Assembly: GCA_964188305.1 (NCBI GenBank)
Contig: OZ076887.1
DNA length: 64,000 nucleotides
DNA from: Podarcis bocagei
Taxonomy: Eukaryota
Direction: 5' to 3' (one strand)
Shown: piece after piece, positions 1-12,634 of the stretch
How positions within the stretch are numbered: the stretch's first letter is position 1
How the letters are laid out: each line of letters opens with the position of its first letter
Position numbers and translations under genes: made by a program
The notes under the pieces: model-generated
What the model was told of the DNA's origin: nothing
Seen by the model: the letters and a program-made list of their open reading frames with translations, nothing else
Databases searched by the model: none

Positions 1-3000
1 AGCTGCTGCCTCACTCCACCATGCATTGCTGGCTTAAACAGAAATATAACACAGCTCACCAAAGTGGGGAAGACTATGTGAGCTGCTGAGCTGAGGGTGC
101 TGTTCAGCCACTCACAGCCAATGGGCAACTCCAGGGCTCCTGCTCTCCCTGCACAGTTCTTTGCCTTTAAACCAGACATGGGTCAGAGAGCCCTTCAAAG
201 AGAGGACAACTTCAAAAAGAGGACTGTTCTCACAAAGTAGGACCTACAATCACCCTGAATTTGTCCCTTTCTCCATTGGTGAACAACTGGAGGGTGTGTG
301 TATTTACATTCCTTTGCCAGTTATCTCCCTGTTCCAAGGCTGGAAATATTATATTTTTCTGGAAAAGTTGCTATTTTCAGCACAATTACTACAGCTGTCA
401 TTTGGTCTTGGAAAGACTGGTAGAGTATATTTAACAGCTGCCGAGCAAACAGAAATTCAACAGGTGAAGGATTTCCTCATCACCTTACGCTCCTTCGGGG
501 GCAGGAGGGGGAGTTCTACCTGTTGGGATTCTGTCCAACACATGATTATCTACAGGCACTGGGATTTGCCAGGGAAAATACCAACCGTATGGATTATCAT
601 CGGTCACATATATCGCTTTTGTTTTTAACCATAATCTCTGCAGCCATTCCACCTGATAAACAAACAGGGGGAAAGATGCAATGAGGTGTAAGAATAGATT
701 TGTGCAGGGCAGGCAACTGAACATTTAATTTATTTACCTCTCCTAACAGATACCTGGGGTGACATTTATTAATAAACGACATTATCAGGTGTCTGATATG
801 TAGCTCACAGAAATTAATTACCCAGCTCCTGGTTAAAAAAAACAAAAAACTATAACAAGCCTGCAGTGNNNNNNNNNNNNNNNNNNNNNNNNNNNNNNNN
901 NNNNNNNNNNNNNNNNNNNNNNNNNNNNNNNNNNNNNNNNNNNNNNNNNNNNNNNNNNNNNNNNNNNNNNNNNNNNNNNNNNNNNNNNNNNNNNNNNNNN
1001 GTAATAGAGTTATAAGTGGATTCCCTGAGGTGACCAAGGAAAGGCTTCAGCCCTATTGGAAAATCAAGGCATCAGCCTCTTCACCGAGTGAACAAACTCT
1101 CCCACATTTCTGCCCATAGCAGATTCAAAAACCATGCCAGCAAATGCTTTCATTGCCCCGTTTCATAGACTTTTGGATTAGCATGTTTAAATCACACACA
1201 CACATAGTGTGTTTAATGAGCATTGGCCTTGTACCTATGAGGCTGGTGTTTGTAGGAGGGCCTTTCTGGTGAGGAGGAACCCTCGTTTTTGTGCTAAAAT
1301 TACAAGAGAAGTTCGCCACATGAGAGTCCCATAGAATATATTACATCTGAATGCCCCCTCCTGTGGTGAAAGATGGTATTTAGCACATGAGGGGGGACTC
1401 TTGATTCCAAGTTTCCTTCATAAAAATGAATGCTCGCTCTCACCACAGAACTGTATGCCTGCGGCAGAAATTTATAGCATGGGTTTTGTGGTGGCAGTGA
1501 ACCACAGAGACTGATGTGGGACCTCTGTGTTCCCTTCTTCCTGTGGGAGGTCTCAAGGTGGGGGGAGTTGAGGCCTAGGTGTGCACAGTCCTCCTTATGT
1601 TATTGTTTATTTCAGACCATCCATCCAAGGCCCTCAGGATAGCATCTCCTCTCCCCATTTCATCATCACATCAACCCACTGAGGTAAGCTGGGCCAGTGA
1701 GCTTCAGGGCTCATTTGAAACTGGCTCTCTTTAGGCAGCATACTAACCACTACTATGCTACACTGGCTGTCTTGATATGCTAGGTATGAACGTCAGGCTT
1801 TAAGGACATGCCTCCCCCTGCCTTTTTAAGTCTCACAACAACCCTGTGAAGTAGGTTACAGAATATGGCAGCTAGGATGCTCACAGCAACATGGGTGTGT
1901 GAGCCTATTACGCCCATTTCAGAACAAGTTGCCGATTCACTGCTGGGAACCATTCAAAGTGGTGCATTTCCTCTTGGGTGATGCTTAGGTGACCACCCTA
2001 CATCAGAGGCTGAATACTAGGTGCTAGGGACAAACAACAAAGGACCCTGTTTCCTTCAGGCCTTGATTGCGGGAGACATTGCTGGAAACAGAACGCTGGA
2101 CTAGATGGACTCTTGAGCCAATCCTTTGGTCCTCAGCTTACTTTCTTCTTTTTATGAACTTAGCAGCAGTGATCGTAATTTGCATTCCCCAGACCCACAC
2201 TTCCAACAACTGCTACTCTGTGCCAGGTTTCTTAGACTGCGATTTGGGATCCTATAAGTACTAGTTGAACTATGCAGTTGAACACAGCTGAGTCTAGAAT
2301 TGCTCTGGTGATTACCTAGCTTGTTACTTTAGTTTCAGCGGGATAAACATATATTCAGTTGGTGTTTCCAGGGGGTTAAAAAAAACTCACCACAACCACC
2401 TGTCTGTGCAGAATCTACCCCTCGGATGGAGTATGGGCTCAATTTTTGTCCTTTGGGGACAAATAAAATAAAATGTAAAAATCACTAATCCCTACCTGCA
2501 AACTTTATTTTTAAAAAAGAAAATCTAGCTGTTGTGAAACAACATGGCGAGACAGCGAAGGGAGGGGAGAGAGGGAGCTGTTAACAAAAATCTTAACTTT
2601 GACTCTGAAACACATTTGTTAAATAGCCATCCTAATGGCATTATTGCAGCTAAAAACACAGCGACTTGAAAATGCTGTATACATTATTACTCTCATTATC
2701 CACCAACTGCAAGAATGCTGCACTAAAACTAACTCAAAACACCTCGGGGAAGGTAATTGCTACTAATGGATCTGAAGTGTGTAAAATTGGGCATTATTAC
2801 TCAGTCATCATATCCTTGAATCGCCAAAGCCATCGGATATCGCAGTTGCCGGGCTCACTCATCTCTCAATCATGGGAGAAATTTGAGGAAAGTGGCAAGC
2901 TCTCCTTCATTTTGCATTAGAAGGAAAATTCAACAACAAAAGCGAAAGATTACAGCAGCCTGTTTGTGGCCAAAAGGTTTTGTCTGGGATCAGCATTTTA

Positions 3001-3643
3001 CTGCTCAAAACCCCCCTTCCCCTGCTTTGAGAAAGACCTGCAGATGTTGCTCCAGAAATACATTTCTCCACTGAAGTATCTTACTTAGCATGAAGGACTG
3101 CACACAATATTTTGTTCATTAGTATATACATCCACAGGCGACTAGGGACACAATGCATTGGCAAGTCCCACTAAAATGAATGAAAGGTGCACAACAGAAT
3201 TACCATTCCATCCATGCAGAACCCATTCATTCCAGTGTGGCTTGTGCAGGAGAACTTCCCAGTGGATTATACCAAGGAGACACAAAATGTGGACGTGTGT
3301 TCCCAAATACGGCAGCAATGATGAGGCTGAGAATTGCTCAATTCTGTACAGAGCAGATGAGCTGATACTGTTGATTGGGCTATTTAGGTCTCCAAATACT
3401 GGATGAGTTATTAAACCACATATTCCTAGATGTTCAGGTTAAAAGATAGGCGCACTGTGGCAAGACAGGGATTGTTGATATGATGACCTGAGCTGTAGGG
3501 ATACGTTCCCTTTGCCTCCCCACATTCAAAGGGCTTCAGTTTCCCTTATCACATTGCCAGATCTTCCAGACTACATGCCACTGAGGTTATCATGTTCAGG
3601 ACATGATCCTTGATTGGTTGGGCTTGTGCAGTGAAAAATATCG

Positions 3644-3674
<31 letters not shown>

Positions 3675-4448
3675 ACACACACACAATTTCCAAAACAGCA
3701 CCAGATCAGGGAAACAATGACAGAGCAGGTGTGGAAAAATTGTGTGAAAGAGTGGAAAGGGGGTGGTGGCCACTTTTGCCTCCTCCAGATGGTAATTTTC
3801 AAATAGAAAACCTCCCAAACATTCGACACAGCACCAGTTAATCATAAGCAAGTTGTGTAACTTTGTAATGTTTATGTACTTAATATTGTAACTGCAATGG
3901 AAAACTCCAGTAAAATATTTTAAGCTGAAAGCAAAGCCAGGCTTTGTGCAATGCACATGAAATTTCCCCCAGAAGTCCCAGGTGCGATTTCTGGTCCCTT
4001 GAGAATGTTCCGTTAGCTGGAAACCTTGTTCCAAAAACTACAGCTTATGTGATATAGATCTGTTAAGCTCACAGTTGGAAGCGGTGCCCCTCTGCCAGAA
4101 TCGAGCATATTTAGCACAACTGGTGTAACGTGTAGCACATCTGTACTGTATACACCGATAAAACTGGGAGAGCCAGCAGCTATAGAACAGGACAACAGAG
4201 GCATGAAATGTTAATTAGTCACATACAGGCCATGTTATTCCTTCACCACCACATTTTTAGCTAAATGGCTGTGATGTTTGAGAGAATAAAGACCTAGTGA
4301 ACTCAGTGAGATTTACTTCTTGGTGGACACAAATAGGATTGTGCTGTTAAGTGTACCTCTTAAAATGTCCCATTCACGTTCTATATTTTGATGTTATATT
4401 TTAATGTTGCCACACTACAGCTGCCACCCTCTTATTCTGGCATTAAGT

Positions 4449-4584
4449 CAGGCACAGGCAAACTCGACCCTCCAGATGTTTTGAGACTACAACTCCCATC
4501 ATCCCCGACCACTGGTCCTGTTAGCTAGGGATGATGGGAGTTATAGTCCCAAAACATCTGGAGGGCCGAGTTTGCCTATGCCTG
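4449..4584. mobile_element. Short palindromic hAT MITE
   Basis: TIR CAGGCACAGGCAAACTCG / CGAGTTTGCCTATGCCTG; perfect 8-bp TSD CATTAAGT. Decayed relatives at ~5455-5600, 9915-10010, 14740-14872, 30986-31110, 32997-33258, 42588-42724, 42888-43012, 45364-45508, 54416-54498. Confidence 0.88.
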
Positions 4585-6443
4585 CATTAAGTGATATAGA
4601 TATAGAACAATATACTCCCTGATCATGGTCCATGCTGGCTGGCGCTAATGGGATTTGGAGTCCAACCCTAAATTTAACCCTGCCTTAAAATGTAAAAAGG
4701 GCATGTACCAATAATCACTGGGGAGTCACAATTGGCTACAGCTTCCTGTTGAGAAAGTGACAGGCTTCAGGGAATCCGATCCCCCTCCCTCATGGCAGTC
4801 TGCCAGTAATGGAAAGACAGGAAGCTCTTACCAGTGTCTTTTATTCAATATTCACAGAGAGAGACATAGAAACGCTATCTCTCTTGGATAATGGCATTGC
4901 TCAGAGTAAAGCCGCAACCCCTCCATCTCTCCTATTATACATCATCGCTAAGTTGACTGACCTGTGCTTTCTGTCTCTGAGTTTTCTGTTCTCCTACTTT
5001 CAATACCACCGGGTCCTGGGGGGGTCTGGAACGCTTTCTAAAGACACTGGTGCTTCTTCTTCTTCCTGCTCCTCTCCCAATATTTCCCAGCTTCTCCCCT
5101 CTGCAGCCTCTGAACTGTGACCTTCTGCAAACCACTGTTGTAAATCTGCACTGTCTCCCTCTTCTCTGGGAAGTGTGGAAGGAGGTGGGGCGGTCTCCAT
5201 CATCCCTCCTCAGTCCAGTCCCTGACAGAAAGATACAATTTGCACATTATCTTAGTGGTACATATCAGTGGCAGATCTTGGGGTCTCCAATTCCAGCAGC
5301 GCCATGTGTGGTGCCAAAATTCAGCACTCCTCCACCTCTCACACTCCATTCTAAGTCATAGCTGTCTCATCCCCAGCTCTGTGCCTGGTGCAACCGAACC
5401 TGTCATGCTCCCCGAAATCTGCCTCTGTATCTATTTGAACAACATATCCACAGAGCAGGGGTGGTGAACCTATGGCCCTCCATGTGTTTTTGGACTTTAA
5501 TTCCCAGCAGCCTCAGTTAGCAAGCCAATAATGAGAGATGATGGGAGTTGTACTCCTGTCATATCTGAAGGAAGGGTCACAGGGTCTCTGCCGCCTGCCA
5601 TGGAGAATAGAATGTCTTGGAGGTAAAATTGTGACCCATTTGCATCACAGACTGAATCTTTCCAATCTAAATGCTGCATCCTGATTCTATTGTGTGCAGA
5701 GCAACCAATAGCGAGTGACTCTAATTCAAGGTCCGTGGTTGACTGGGGTCTTTTGGAATTAAAATTGCATTGCAGATAGAAAGTTTTTACAAGCAGATTC
5801 AGTCCTTGTTCTAAACAGCGTCCGTCTTGGATGATGACAACATGCAGACTGGTGAAAGACAAACAGGATAGCATCAGGCGGGTCAAGGTGACAGTAGACT
5901 TAACGTATTCTGTTATTAATGCAGACTTCAGTTGTATGTAATAGATGCTGACATGTTTTGGTGAACAGGACCAGTTGTGAATCAAGGTATGGCTATTGAT
6001 TTATACCTAGTTCCTTTTCTTAGCCAAGCACTTTACAGAATTGCAATGACTACCCAGATTTATGTCCGTCACAATGGCAAAAGCAAACTCCTCCATCCAG
6101 GCCTGGGGTGAGATATAGTCATGATTCTAACATTGGTGACAACACAACATAGCCTTCTTGAAAGCAATTGTGACGGGATGCAAAAAGTAAAGGACCCAGT
6201 GACCATCACAGCCATAGGGTCGATTGGGAAGCTGGGGAGCCATAGACAATATTTAATGCATTGGAAACTATACCCACTTCCAGCATGGCACTTCAGGGAC
6301 GAATTACTAGAAAAAGAAGGTATTGTACATAAGAACTTACATTGGCCATCAGACCAAATGCTCCAGGGAGTTATAGTTCACGAACATCTGGAGGGCCAAC
6401 ATTCCCTATGCCCGACATAGTCAAAGGTTCAGTGCAGTCTTGG

Positions 6444-8002
6444 CTTAGGAGAGTCTCCACCCCCATCGTTCTGCCCAGACACTGAGGTCCAGTGATGAGG
6501 GCCTTCTGGCGGTTCCCTCGCTGCGAGAAGCCAAGTTACAGGGAACCAGGCAGAGGGCTTCTCGGTAGTGGCACCCACCCTGTGGAACGGCCTCCCACCA
6601 GATGTCAAAGAGAAAAATAACTACCAAACCTTTATTTTTATTTTTTTAAAAGATATTTATTAAATTTTCACAAATTATAAAATCAAACACAATACAAACA
6701 AACACACACAAAGACAAACAAATATAATTTCAAATCCTTATTCTCTTAAAACTTACTTCACCGACCTCCTCATACCTCCCCTTTCTGCATTCCAATTTCA
6801 AATATTTAGTTCAGCAAATCCTCACCCTTAATTTAATCTAATTGTAATCCTTTCTTTTCTTTTAACCTAATCTTTACAGCTGTAATCCGCTTACTTCTAT
6901 AGCCGCAGCATTTTAACACTCATTAATTTTACAATATCTCTTAAGATAGATCTTAAATTTCTTCCAATCTTCTTCCGCCGTCTCTTTTCCCTGATCTCAG
7001 ATTCTGCCAGTCATTTCAGCCAGTCCCATGTAATCAATCACCTTCATCTGCCATTCTTCCAGAGTGGGTAGATCTTGTGTCTTCCAATACTTTGCGATGA
7101 GTATTCTTGCTGCTGTTGTAGCATACATAAAAAAGTTCTATCTTTCTTTGGCACCAATTGGCCGACAATGCCCAAGAAGAAGGCTTCTGGTTTCTTAAGG
7201 AAAGTACATTTAAGTACCTTTTTCATTTCATTATATATCATTTCCCAGAAAGCCTTAATCTTTGGGCACGTCCACCAAAAGTGAAAGAAAGTACCTTCAG
7301 TTTCTTTACATTTCCAACATTTATTATCAGACAAGTAGTAAATTTTTGCAAGCTTGACTGGAGTCATGTACCACCTATAAATCATTTTCATAATATTTTC
7401 CTTTAAGGCATTACATGCCGTAAATTTCATACCGGTGGTCCACAACTGTTCCCAGTCAGCAAACATGATGTTATGACCTATATCTTGTGCCCACTTTATC
7501 ATAGCTGATTTCACTGTTTCATCTTGTGTATTCCATTTCAACAGCAAGTTGTACATTCTTGACAAGTTCTTAGTATTGGGTTCTAACAGTCCTGTTTCTA
7601 ATTTTGATTTTTCCACCTGGAAGCCAATTTTCCTGTCCTGTTTGTAAACCTCCATTATTTGATAATAATGGAGCCAATCTCGCACTTTGACTTTTAATTT
7701 CTCGAAACTCTGTAATTTCAGTTTATCCCCTTCCTTTTCCAAAATTTCCCAATATTTCGGCCATTTGGCCTCCATATTAAGTTTTTTCACAGCCTTTGCC
7801 TCCATTGGCGACAACCACCTTGGGGTTTTATAACTACCAAACCTTTAGAAGACATCTGAAGGCAGTCCTGTTTAGGGAAGCTTTTAATGTTTAATAGGTT
7901 ATTGTATTTTAGTGTTTTGTTGGAAGCCGCCCAGAGTGGCTGGGGAAACCCAGCCAGATGGGTGGGGTATAAATAATAAATTATTATTATTATATTATTA
8001 TT
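6444..8002 (+). mobile_element. L2/CR1-group LINE 3' end, split by the L1 insertion
   Basis: Encodes RAFSVVAPTLWNxLP-like C-terminus; resumes after the TSD; ends in stem-loop ggaagccgcccagag...gggtggggtataaat and (TTA)n tail. Confidence 0.8.
6635..7829 (-). mobile_element. 5'-truncated L1-clade LINE (ORF2 C-terminus with CCHC knuckle, 3' UTR, A-rich tail)
   Basis: ORF 7044..7814(-) contains CWKCKETEGTFFHFWWTC; one frameshift near 7130; T-rich tail on + at ~6635-6647; 18-bp TSD ATAACTACCAAACCTTTA at 6617-6634 and 7830-7847. Confidence 0.92.
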
Positions 8003-8071
8003 AGGAGCAATAACATCTGCATGCCCTATGAGTCTGTGATTCTATGCCCTGTCCTCTCCAATACCACCACC

Positions 8072-8074
<3 letters not shown>

Positions 8075-8116
<42 letters not shown>
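8075..8116. repeat. (CT)n microsatellite
   Basis: Direct reading. Confidence 0.95.
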
Positions 8117-8120
<4 letters not shown>

Positions 8121-8258
8121 GCTGAGTGAATGAACCAAAGCAAGGAGGAGAGAAACCCACTGTAGAAAGAAGCCCCACTGGCAGTCATGTCTTCGGGTCT
8201 CCTCAAATTTTAGACCAGCACCAAGCCTGGCATTAATGCCCCTTGTCTATCAGACTTA

Positions 8259-8612
8259 GGGACACGGGTGGCGCTGTGGGTTAAACCACAGAGCCTAGGG
8301 CTTGCCGATCAGAAGGTTAGCGGTTCGAATCCCCACAACGGGGTGAGCTCCCGTTGTTTGGTCCCTGCTCCTGCCAACCTAGCAGTTTGAAAGCATGTCA
8401 AAGTGCAAGTAGATAAATAGGTACCTCTCTGGCGGGAAGGTAAACGGCGTTTCCGTGTGCTGCTCTGGTTCACCAGAAGCAGCTTAGTCATGCTGGCCAC
8501 ATGACCCGGAAGCTGTACGCCGGCTCCCTCGGCCAATAAAGCGAGATGAGCACCGCAACCCCAGAGTCAGCCACGACTGGACCTAATGGTCAGGGGCCCC
8601 TTTACCTTTACC
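8259..8612 (+). mobile_element. Sauria SINE (Squam1), full length
   Basis: tRNA-like head with A/B boxes (gtggcgctgtgg, ggttcgaatccc), (ACCTTT)n tail; perfect 12-bp TSD TCTATCAGACTT. Confidence 0.93.
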
Positions 8613-10950
8613 TCTATCAGACTTGTGAGAGGCTGCTAAGGCATTAGAAACCTGCAGATCATCCTCTCCCCATGCCTGCATAGAGACACAAGAAGAATGC
8701 TGCTGGATCAGGCCAGTGGCCCATCTAGTCCAGTATCCTGTTCTCACTGTGGCCAGCCAAATGCCCCAGCTGGCATGGCCCACAGTCAGGGATGATGGGA
8801 GCTGTTGCTCCAGAAAAGAACTGTGTCTCCCTACTTCATATGTTTCACAGACTCCCTACTCAGAGAACCGTTTGTATCCATTACTTTTTCCCTTTTCTTT
8901 TTTTGCTATCTGACTACAGTTTTCCAGCTTTGTAGCTCAAGCGCACAGATTTTGTGCTTTTAAACTGGGAGGTCCCTCATTCAATACTTGATGTGGCAGG
9001 TGTCACACAGATACAGGCAGTGTCTGATCTATTAATGTCTCACTTAGCATTGATGTGATGCGCCGTGTTAATCTTCCAAATGCCATCTGATCCTAACCAA
9101 GTCAGAGATGCTTTTTCTGCTTCTATAGCCTTTTCTTGAAGTGATAGCAATATGCAAGGGGGGGGGGGTGAGAGNNNNNNNNNNNNNNNNNNNNNNNNNN
9201 NNNNNNNNNNNNNNNNNNNNNNNNNNNNNNNNNNNNNNNNNNNNNNNNNNNNNNNNNNNNNNNNNNNNNNNNNNNNNNNNNNNNNNNNNNNNNNNNNNNN
9301 NNNNNNNNNNNNNNNNNNNNNNNNNNNNNNNNNNNNNNNNNNNNNNNCAGAAGAAAGTTATGCCTTGTCAAAGAAAGGCCAGTGGCAGCAGTGCCCACTT
9401 CTGTACCCATTCATATTCAGATAGTAATTACCACCAACCCTATATTTTCCATAATAATGAGGACAGGCTGTCATGTCTGTCAAACAACAACAAAAAAATT
9501 GTGGCGGGTTCAAAAATACCTCAACCTGAAGCAAACTTAAAAAAAAAAAAACCTTTAGGAGAGTTCTTCTCTTAACCACAGAAATGGGTGTTGGGGGGAA
9601 CAGAAGCTGCTTTACACACTGGGGTCAGTGCAGGGCCGGCCCTATCATTAGACTGGGGGAGGCAGCCGCTTCAGGCAGCAATTGCATGCACCCCTTAAGC
9701 TAGTCTGCTGCCCTCAAGTGCAGCAGAGGGCATTGTCCCATTGGCAGTGTTGAAGAAAGAGTCAACTGCATCCCTAGTCGGCTTCCGGAACAGGTGGGAG
9801 GAGAGGGTGGAGCCATCTTGTCTGCTTCAGGTAGCAAAATGGCTTAGGCCATCCTTGAATCAGTGCCTTGGTCCACCTACTCAGTTCTGGCCGCACTCAA
9901 ACTCCCACCTGGGGAGCCTTTGGCCCCGGATGTTGCTGAACTACAACTGAGCATTGGCCGTGCTTGATGGGGCTGATGGGAGTTGTAGTTCAGCAAAGTT
10001 TCCGCACACCTTCTTTCACCCACAGAGAGTCTTGAAAGATCTCGAGGAGACAGTGCTTCCAGCCATGCTCCCCTTCATCCTTTTAAGAGCAGATGCCAAT
10101 GACTGAAAAGATCATGCTTATTTGTTATATTTGTTTAAGATATTTATATAGCACCCGTAGTCAAAAAGGCCACAGTGTCGTTTACAACACAGTAACATGA
10201 TAAACAACATCATAATAATAGAACGTAATATCTGCAAAATCCAAAAATGAAAAGTTATTTAAATACAGTTCATAATAATAAGCAGTACATAAGAGTACTC
10301 AGTACATAATAACCAATGCATAATAAGCAGCAACATCAAATTATTCACAATTTCAAGCCGGCAATAAACTCCATAACCCCTGCGAAATACAAGTGTCTAA
10401 TAATGCAAGTTATTATCTACTCGTGAACAGCTTAGCCTTTATTTGTTCATCTGCCCATTTATTTATTTTCTAGAAAACATCTCTATCCTTGGGAGAAGGC
10501 TGGGGTAGAAATAAAGAAATAAATACTTGTTTTCCACCTTTCCCCCTATTTCCCCACTATTTGGATAGGTTGCTGTGACAAGCACAGAATCCGCGCATGT
10601 AATACAATTAGCAGCAGACATCCCGATCCAGAAAGAGAGTTCCACACATGGAAGGAGCCTTTCATGTGCCCTGCCAGTGCAGATGACAATATAAACCCTT
10701 TTGCAATGTGATGTTTTTCTGAGCCAGGTGGGTGGGTGGCTGGGGGCACCATTAGGACTGAATGTCCCAAGGGATTTCCACTTTGGGGTTTCAGAGCGGG
10801 ATGGATCTGTGTAGCCAAGCACATCCATTATCCACAGTCCTTACACATCAATATGCCTATGCAAATCCATGCATACTGGGGATAGTGGCTACCAACCACA
10901 ATGGAGGCAATATTCTGCCTCCATGGTCAGAGGCAGAGATGCTTCTGAAT

Positions 10951-11305
10951 TAAAGGTAAAGGACCCCTGGATGGTTTATTCCAGTCAAAGGTGACTAAGG
11001 GGTGCATCGCTCATCTCCGCTTTCAGGCCAAGAGAGTCAGTGTTTGTCCACAGACAGCTTTCCAGATCATGTGGCCAACATGACTAAACTGCTTCTGGTG
11101 CAATGGGACACCATGACAAGTGCCAGAACTCACGGAAACGCCATTTACCTTCCCACTGCAGCGGTACCTCTTAATCTACTTGCACTGGTTTGCTTCTGAA
11201 CTGCTAGGTTGGCGGGAGCCGGGACAGAGCAACGGGACCTCGTCCTGTCGCAGGGATTCGAACCACCAACCTTCCTATCGGCAAGCCCAAGAGTCTCAGT
11301 GGTTT
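10951..11305 (-). mobile_element. Sauria SINE, older subfamily, inserted in a CR1 remnant
   Basis: taaaggtaaa tail, cagacagctttcc...gtggcc core, ggattcgaacc B-box. Confidence 0.85.
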
Positions 11306-11711
11306 GAATAGCAGTTGCTGGAAACCCCAAGAAGTCCCTGAGGTGCCCACTATCTGAGAGTGGCTAAATTATTTTGACAATATGAATCCCACAAGTGCTA
11401 GTTTCTGGCAGTGAAAATACAACATTAACAAATCATGTATCTTAACAACTTCCTGCCCTTTCATGACACCCAAAATCAGCTGCCTCCCTCTGCCTGCTAG
11501 TAGGACCAGCCCTTGTGGGGTTAGCTCAAAGCCACACACTTTCCCTGCAAGGAAATGCCACATGACCTCACATAAAAGGTAGCTGGGTGTGGTTTTTTTG
11601 TAATTTTCCACTTCTGCTATTGCACATTCAAATGATGGCTTTTAAAAGGAATCGAACAATTTCGTGGAGGATAAGGCTATTGATAACTAGTAGTCATACA
11701 ATATATATTAT

Positions 11712-12165
11712 CAGGTAGGTAGCCATGTTGGTCTGACACAGTCAAAATATATAAAATAATAATTATAAAATTGTCCAGTAGCACCTTAGAGACCAACTAA
11801 GTTTGTTCTTGGTATAAGCTTTTGTGTGCATGCAGGTATCTGAAGAAGTGTACATGCACACAAAAGCTTGTACCAAGACAAACATACAGTGGTACCTCAG
11901 GTTAAGTACTTAATTCGTTCCGGAGGTTCGTACTTAACCTGAAACTGTTCTTAACCTGAAGCACTTTAGCTAATGGGGCTTCCTGCTGCTGCCACACCAC
12001 CAGAGCACAATTTCTGTTCTCATCCTGAAGAAAAGTTCTTAACCTGAAGCACTATTTCTGGGCTAGCGGAGTCTGTAATATGAAGCGTATGTAACCTGAA
12101 GCGTATGTAACCCGAGACCACTGTAGTTGGTCTCTAAAGTGCTACTGGACAATTTTCTTATTTTT
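11712..12165. mobile_element. Fold-back Penelope-like terminus (same family as 48068-48276), interrupted by a mariner MITE; hammerhead decayed (GAAA>AAAA)
   Basis: ggtagccatgttggtctg...ccagtagcaccttagagaccaacta and its reverse complement tagttggtctctaaagtgctactggac; ggtatCTGAAGAagtgtacatgcacac at ~11835. Confidence 0.72.
11887..12123 (+). mobile_element. Tc1/mariner-type MITE
   Basis: TIR CAGTGGTACCTC.GGTTA; TA target duplication. Confidence 0.85.
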
Positions 12166-12315
12166 ATATATATATTAGTATATATTATATTACTTCCAGA
12201 AAAAGAGGTGGCATGCTTCTCAGTACCAGTTGTTGAGGAGTTGAGGAAGTGAGGAGATCACTGTTGCTCTCAGGTTCTTGTGGCCCTCCCATAGGCATCT
12301 GGTTGTTGGACAAGG

Positions 12316-12634
12316 GCCACATTCACAGCATACATTTAAAGCGCTACATAGAAAGAGTCATGGCTTCCCCCAAAGAATTCTGGATGCTGTAGTTTGTTAA
12401 GGGTGCTGAGAGTTGTTAGGAGACACCTGCCCCTCATTCCCCTCACAGAGCTACAATTCCCAGAGTTCCCTGTGGAGAAAAATTGACCATTAAACCACTC
12501 TAAGAAATCTTAGCTCTGTGAGGGGAATAGGGGTCCCCTAACAACTCTCAGCACCTCTAACAAGCCACAGCTCCCAAGATTATTGTGGGGGAAGCATTAA
12601 AAGCAGTGCTTTAAATGTCAGGTGTGAATGTGGC
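12316..12634. mobile_element. Long-palindromic MITE (PIF/Harbinger-like)
   Basis: GCCACATTCAC / GTGAATGTGGC termini; arms gggtgctgagagttgttagg / cctaacaactctcagcacc and cccctcacagagcta / tagctctgtgagggg. Confidence 0.7.

Noticed and set aside
161-6420. Several 100-160-aa ORFs in the left intergenic region
   Set aside because: No recognisable domains, no coherent exon chain; several overlap microsatellites, MITEs or N-gaps.
7044-7814. 256-aa ORF as a host gene
   Set aside because: Truncated L1 ORF2 bounded by a TSD.
8309-8536. Recurrent ~75-aa ORF MAEGAGVQLPGHVASMTK (also 15636, 24084, 40459)
   Set aside because: Antisense reading of Sauria SINE copies, not a gene family.
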